In this document: positions 58,401 to 64,000 of the stretch, one piece after another
Numbering within the stretch: the first letter of the stretch is position 1
How the letters are laid out: the number at the start of each line of letters is the position of its first letter
DNA from: Antedon mediterranea
Taxonomy: Eukaryota > Animalia > Echinodermata
Assembly (NCBI RefSeq): GCF_964355755.1
Contig: NC_092670.1
Coordinates: forward strand, 35,514,388 to 35,578,387
Direction of reading: 5' to 3'
Length of the DNA stretch: 64,000 nucleotides
Program-made: the position numbers and the translations under genes
The notes under the pieces: generated by a model
The model's database searches: none
The model's input: only the letters and a program-made list of their open reading frames with translations
Told to the model about the DNA's origin: nothing

Positions 58401-61217
58401 TTAAAAGATATTATTGTAATGTTTTGCATTGTTATATGTCACCCTTCAACTTAAGGCTAGTAGGTTATATTCAATGGAAATACCCTCTAACATTAAGGGC
58501 CTTTCACACCTGTTCCGGCACGGTTCCGGTCCGGCGAATCGAACACAAAATGTTTCGTTGTTACGACGCTCCACGCGGCCAAGCACCAATCGATATGCGC
58601 GTAGCCGCGTGAAAACGAAACATTGACGTTCGATTGGATTTGCCGTCGCCGGACCGGAACCGTGCCGGAGCAGGTGTGAAAGGCCCTTAACTGGCACCGA
58701 CGTTAATGGTTTTTAATTTGCACAGCGCATAATACAAATAGTCTCTATGCGCTGTGGACTCGTGTTACACTTTTCAACATGCTTCTCCCCAAGTCGCGAT
58801 TTTGTTTTCGTACATAAATTGTGGAACCCCTTATGTGAAAGATAGCCGAACTATACTTCCTAAATATAACTAAACCAAACTGTGGGATTTATAGAAAATC
58901 AGTTTGTAGCGCGTACCCAATAACTACGTCAGTTGCTAACCCGGATGTTGAACGAGTGTGAATAATGTCGTAGATTGAAAAGGACTGTATAGGCCCTAAA
59001 GAAACTTAATGAATGCTAATCAGTACCAGTATGATATTTTACAACTCCCTGGTATGATGTATGTTTAGTTAGTAATGATTGTATTTTGACTGGTCGAATG
59101 TATGACAGTAGGCGTATGCTAGGGATTTGCCTGACAAACAGTGAGTTATTGAACAAATGTTAAACAATAATGTTATAATAGCCGTTCAGTCATAACGTGT
59201 AAGTTATGACTTATATTTAATGCTTTCAGATTTGAATGAAATCTTTTTTCTGAATAAATCATCTCAAACACAGGCGAATCTCAGTGCTTATTGTTCGTTA
59301 TAAAAGATACTTTAATCCTTACACTAACCCTCTAAATAATCTCTATCTCACTATAAAATAAAAGAAGTTGTTCATGAGATTCAAACCCAATACGTCGACA
59401 TTCAAATTGTCTGGACTACACAGACGGCTCGAATTGTAGTTAGCTCAATTCTTACGCACACCTTATGGATTATGACTAAAGAATATTCATTCATATTTTG
59501 TGACTTTTCATGAGGGATCCCCAACTTATGTACGAAAAGAAATATCTCCCCCTGTGCGAGGAGGCCTATTCTCCTTGAAAACAATGTTGTTAAACATTAA
59601 TTTAACAGCAAATGACATTAAATAAGCCATGGAAAGGTCACGTGCACAAGAGGCCTACCCAGGAAAGGAAACAAGTGGAAAAAGTTTACAAGAAACTGGA
59701 TGTGCCACAATGTATGCAAATCTACAGACACATTATTAATAATGACGTATACTTTCCACGAGCTTATCAGATAATCTAATAAATTCTTCGGAGCCAACAG
59801 TACCAAGGAAGAAACGTTTAACCTCTTTAATTCTCTGAGGTGTGGGGTTATTTAATTCTACGAGAAACTTGAATGTATACAACAATGCAAATCTACAGAC
59901 ACATTAATGACGTGTCATGACATGACATGACATGACGAGTTTTATCAGATACCGTAATCTATATTGTTTTGACAATACTTGTAACATGACCACACAGTGT
60001 TGATTTTGACATTTTGACCCTAAACCAAAGAATATATCACCTATACAGGTACTAACTGTTGAAGCATTGAACAGAAGGAGTTTGAGGAAAGAAAGTCGGG
60101 AATATCGAGATATTTAATGAACGGAGGGAATACATAATAATAATATTAATAAAATCTTTATTTTAAAACGGAGACTCGTTCACAACAAAATGTCCTTCCA
60201 CGAGGCCGTATGAAAGAAATAAAACTACAATATCACAATTATCAAACTGATAAACTAACAAGAAAATTATACATTTTTATATTAATGAATTAATATATTT
60301 TCTAGTTAGTAGATAAAATTAAAACAGAAAAGCTAAACAATTATAAAACTCACCACAACAAAACAGGCTTAAATTAAGGAGAAATTAATCTTTTGAAATT
60401 GTTTAGGGAAAGAGCATTTTTTTGTATTACATGTATATCAATTTCGTTCCAAATTTTTGCTCCACGGTAGGAAAAACTTTTTTTTATATTCTGTGTCTGG
60501 CTTTACTAGACATAGGTCATTTTTAGATCTTGTATCAGTTTGAACACACTAGCCTGGGAAACATGATCTGGAGAAACTTCTTTGGATAAGATTCAATTTC
60601 TTGTAGATACATTATTATTGATATTATATTGTTTAAGGTTTTACAGTATTTTCATGGGGAAAATAAATACGTTAATATAAGTGTTTTCGATCATACTCAT
60701 GAGTGCTGAGGATCGGAGAGGACGATCAAAGCATATTGATCCGAACGTCAAGAAACAATTCTTTTCAGCATATAAAATTGGTTGTAACCAAACGAATCTT
60801 ACTATAGCAACAATCAGATGGTTCCAGATGAGTGATTTGTAGATGACACCAAATGCATAGTCAATTTAAAATTATATTGTATAATTATGCACTTTTTTTA
60901 AAATTTCACATGGAAGTAATTTAAAGCCAGAAAAAGAATATTAGCTGGTTTAGTCAGAAAAAAAATGCAAACTTCGTTGGTAGAGGGTTTGTTTTCGTTC
61001 GAGGTTTCTGAATTTTATGTTATAGTGAGGAAATCGAATATACTATACTACTTTACTAGAACTTAATCATAATCATACTAATTAATTTTATATTCTATAT
61101 ATAATGTTAAATTAAAAGATCTCGATGTGATTTTAAATAAAATAAAATTAGTCTTACGTAGTCTCCAAGAACATTTGGAATACAAACAACCATAAACAAT
61201 GTCAACAGTCTGAACAT
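55458..61217 (-). CDS. Small single-pass six-cysteine membrane protein (Shisa-like/WBP1-VOPP1-TMEM92 type), paralog 2, 103 aa
   Basis: Exons 61217-61158 (MFRLLTLFMVVCIPNVLGDY, |GTAAGA), 58319-58303 (17 nt, VCLINQ, |GTGAGT), 58203-58129 (CFSNEYCCEYETCCSTGDGVLWWVW, |GTATGT) and 55617-55458 (VLFTFGILASIGGCIACCYCCCRRRPDSVVVIHQSPNQTVPPGYNQFENKTV*). Exon phases are the same as in paralog 1. Confidence 0.87.
55690..56970. repeat. 41/43-bp minisatellite, about 30 copies, intronic
   Basis: Core TCGGCTCAGAGCTCGGTAATCAACTTGTACATT followed by TCGGTAAT (41-bp unit) or AGT(T/C)G(G/T)TATT (43-bp unit). Confidence 0.95.
57343..57945 (+). mobile_element. Helentron/DINE-1-like element, second copy
   Basis: Same termini and body as 42570-43325, with an internal deletion. 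3' hairpin GCCATCTATATGGC. Confidence 0.75.
58497..58686. mobile_element. 190-bp MITE with 41-bp TIRs and TTAA on both sides
   Basis: GGGCCTTTCACACCTG(T/C)TCCGGCACGGTTCCGGTCCGGCGA at both ends, one mismatch. Confidence 0.85.
60160..60900 (-). mobile_element. Degraded 3' end of a CR1/L2-group LINE
   Basis: The minus-strand peptide remnants DLCLVKPDTEY..FSYRGAKIWNEI and SLNNFKRLI match the typical ORF2 C-terminal motif (FSYRGAKLWN...SLNSFK). The reading frame is broken. Confidence 0.6.
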
Positions 61218-61255
61218 CTTGATCAGTCTAAAAATGAATTGACGGAAGATTAAAG

Positions 61256-61937
61256 GGGTGTCTAGAAAACTTAGATCTAGAAAACTCAGATCTCAGATAT
61301 ATCTGAGTTTTCTAGATCTAGAAAAATGGAACTAGAAAACTCAGATCATCATTGATTGGTTGGTAGGTCATTTGGATCGTTCCATTATTAATCAGCAGGT
61401 AGGTCATTTGAAATACTAGAAGTATTATTAAAACTGATTACTGTGTACGTTTTCTTACTAATATTATTGTAACATGTAGAAGCCGCCTACGGCTTAAATC
61501 ATAAAGAAAATACAGTGCATGTTACCGTTAAAATGTAGGCATGTACGAGTTGGTGTGGGTGGGTACGAGTTGGTTGAGGTATGAGTTAGCCAAGTTGGAA
61601 ATAGGTACGAGTTATTTTGGGTACGAGTCGACCACTTCTAGTCTAGTACTGTAGGACCAGGCCTACTCTTCGCGATACATCGCGATAGCGCCCACACGTT
61701 GAGCCTTGAATTGAGTTTGCTTAGCTAGGCCTAAATGCTAAGCCTACATTTTAAAAGGTGTATAGTATTATTATTAGTAAGAAAACGTATAATACTGTGT
61801 AGTATTTAATATATGCTACCCCTCTAATAACAATGGAACGATCCATTTGATGATCTGGGTTTTCTAGTTCCATTTTGGAACTAGAAAACTCAGATATTGA
61901 GATCTGAGTTTTCTAGATCTGAGTTTTCTAGACACCC
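61256..61937. mobile_element. Mutator/Foldback-like non-autonomous element with a 9-bp TSD
   Basis: AGATTAAAG|GGGTGTCTAGAAAAC ... GTTTTCTAGACACCC|AGATTAAAG. The long TIRs are built from CTAGAAAACTCAGAT subrepeats. A fragment also lies at about 50435-50500. Confidence 0.85.
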
Positions 61938-61946
61938 AGATTAAAG

Positions 61947-62197
61947 GGGTGTCACGAAACCTAAGACCACGGAAGCTAAGACCCCCTAAGACACAAGATT
62001 TACTCAACGAGCGAAAATAATGTGAGTTTATCTATGTTTTGCGGTAGTATTTAATTATATTTATGGTAATAAATACTGTGTTTAAAATTATGTATGGATA
62101 AACAAGTATTGTTTTTAAGCTGTAGTATATCTTAGAATTTGTTATTTTAGGTCTTGGGTCTTAGCTTTCGTGATCTTAGGTCTTAGGTTCAGAGACA
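61947..62197. mobile_element. Older related Mutator-like MITE (GGGTGTC terminus, CTAAGAC subrepeats)
   Basis: Left end GGGTGTCACGAAACCTAAGACC; right end GTCTTAGGTCTTAGGTTCAGAGACA (degenerate inverse). Confidence 0.5.
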
Positions 62198-62264
62198 GAG
62201 AGGAAACCACAAACCAAACGAAAGTTGCCTAAGCTTCTGGTAAATGCTTTGTAGCATTCACAAA

Positions 62265-62557
62265 TTAAAGATTAATTAAATCCGACTTTGAATATGTTGT
62301 TGTAGTTTTAATAAAGTTAATCACTTCAATAGATAAAAAACGAAAAAAAATCATGTTTTAATTTATAAAATAACAAAATAAATTTTAAAATTCAACCAAA
62401 AATTCATTGGCTGGCAGCCAAATTTGACCATTTTTTTGCTTTAAATTAGATTTTTTCAGGTAAATACATTTGTTTGTCGTTGAAGAACTATTGTGTTACA
62501 TTAAAATAGAATATTCAACAAAAAGAATTATTTTTTCAGAAGGGCAATACATCTTTA
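62265..62557. mobile_element. MITE family B copy
   Basis: Internal AAGATTAATTAAATCCGA and CATTGGCTGGCAGCC; right end GGGCAATACATCT|TTAA. Confidence 0.6.
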
Positions 62558-63413
62558 ATAATAATAATAATGATATTTATTTGGCAAAAGTTCTTAAAAG
62601 TACGTTTTACATTTCATATTGCCAGGAGCAAGTAATAGGCATGAGCCCAAACAGAAAACTGCTCTTACTCCATCAATACAAAAAAACAAAACAAAAAACA
62701 AAACTATCTAGCTTAGTACAAATTAATTAAAAACAAAACAAAGTTATAATGAAATACACCAATTAAGAATAAGCTGCATTGAATAAACATCATAAACAAT
62801 TTAATATTTTGAGATCAAATGTTTGGTGAGTTGGGTTTTAAAGTCTGAAATTGTAGCTCATTGTTTAACTTCATTCAGAAGTTGATCTCATAGTCTAGGA
62901 AAAATAACAAACGATGAATATAAACATGTATTGACCTATAGTCTTACAATGTATTAAACGCCCTTCCCACCTCTGACGCTTGATCTCACAAGCTCATTAA
63001 AGGAAATGGGAGGGTATACACTTTAAATATATCTTTTTCAATTTAGATTGAATGAACTCTACATTACATTCAACACCTTTTCTGTAACTATAGTTAAATT
63101 ATGTTTTAACGTTTACTCATGGAGGTGTAAATTATTACCTCCATGGTTGATTTTTGTTATTTGATACTCAGACTTTTACATATTATAGCCTACTTAATGT
63201 TCGGAGAGAGTCATTCAGATTATTTTCAAAGAGTAGGCCTATATAACATTAAACCTAGACCGGCGTGAAGTTAGTTACTTATTCCTTATTCGATATTCAA
63301 TTTTTTTTGTGAAGTTGGATCCTTATTCGACATTCACATTCACATGTATGGGGCGCAATAATGTAATATTTTAATTAAATAATTTTATACTTACGGCTTA
63401 GATTAATTAGGGC

Positions 63414-64000
63414 TATGATTTATAGGGCTATAACTTCGTTATAAACGGCATGGTTCGGGATGACGATACATGGGTTCGGGCTAGTAGGGTCCAGTCGTTT
63501 CAGAAAAATACCACTTGCCCCGGTCCATGTCGTCTAGCTGCCATTTTACGCCATTTTAAAACCTTACTACAATTTAACGTTTTTTAAAATAAAAAATGCA
63601 ATATAACCGGATGATTTATAGGGCTATAATTACGTGATAAACGGCATGGACCGGGATGACAATACATGGGTTGGGGCAAGTAGGGTCCAGTCAATTCAGA
63701 AAAATACCACTTGCCCCGGTCCATGCCGTCTAGCTGCCATTTTACGCCATTTTGAAAAGTTACCACAATTTAAGTTTTTTTTTTATAAAAAATGCAATAT
63801 AACCGTATGATTTATAGGGCTATAATTACGTTATAAACGGCATGGACCGGGATGACAATACATGGGTTGGGGCAAGTAGGGTCCAGTCAATTCAGAAAAA
63901 TACCACTTGCCCCGGTCCATGCCGTCTAGCTGCCATTTTACGCCATTTTGAAAAGTTACCACAATTTAAGTTTTTTTTTTATAAAAAATGCAATATAACC
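63414..64000. repeat. 196-bp tandem repeat, 3 copies, running off the window end
   Basis: GATTTATAGGGCTATAA occurs at 63417, 63613 and 63809; copies 2 and 3 are nearly identical. Confidence 0.9.

Overview
AT-rich, intron-rich eukaryotic DNA. It is probably from an invertebrate deuterostome such as an echinoderm; this is an inference from the Deu-domain SINE, the Dkk3-like gene and abundant TAGGCCTA. I assembled seven spliced genes by hand from GT-AG sites with consistent exon phases. (1) The first coding exon of a polypeptide GalNAc-transferase-like gene (minus strand; the gene runs off the window start). (2) A 19-exon progranulin of about 1329 aa with 17 granulin modules, including a recent array of 323-bp exon+intron tandem repeats. 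(3) A 4-exon Dickkopf (Dkk3-like) gene. (4) A core-1 beta-1,3-galactosyltransferase-like gene whose metal-binding motifs are degenerate, so it may be a Cosmc-like pseudoenzyme. (5) An 11-exon oxalate:formate-antiporter-like MFS transporter. (6, 7) Two tandem paralogous single-pass membrane microproteins (108 and 103 aa) of the Shisa-like/WBP1-VOPP1 six-cysteine type, each with a 17-nt microexon; the ORF track almost entirely misses them. The rest is dense in non-autonomous transposons (Harbinger-like, Kolobok-like, ISL2EU-like, Mutator-like, Helentron-like, tRNA-SINEs, LINE remnants) and mini/satellites. I saw no CRISPR array, rRNA or intact tRNA. Family assignments rest on motif recall, not on database searches.
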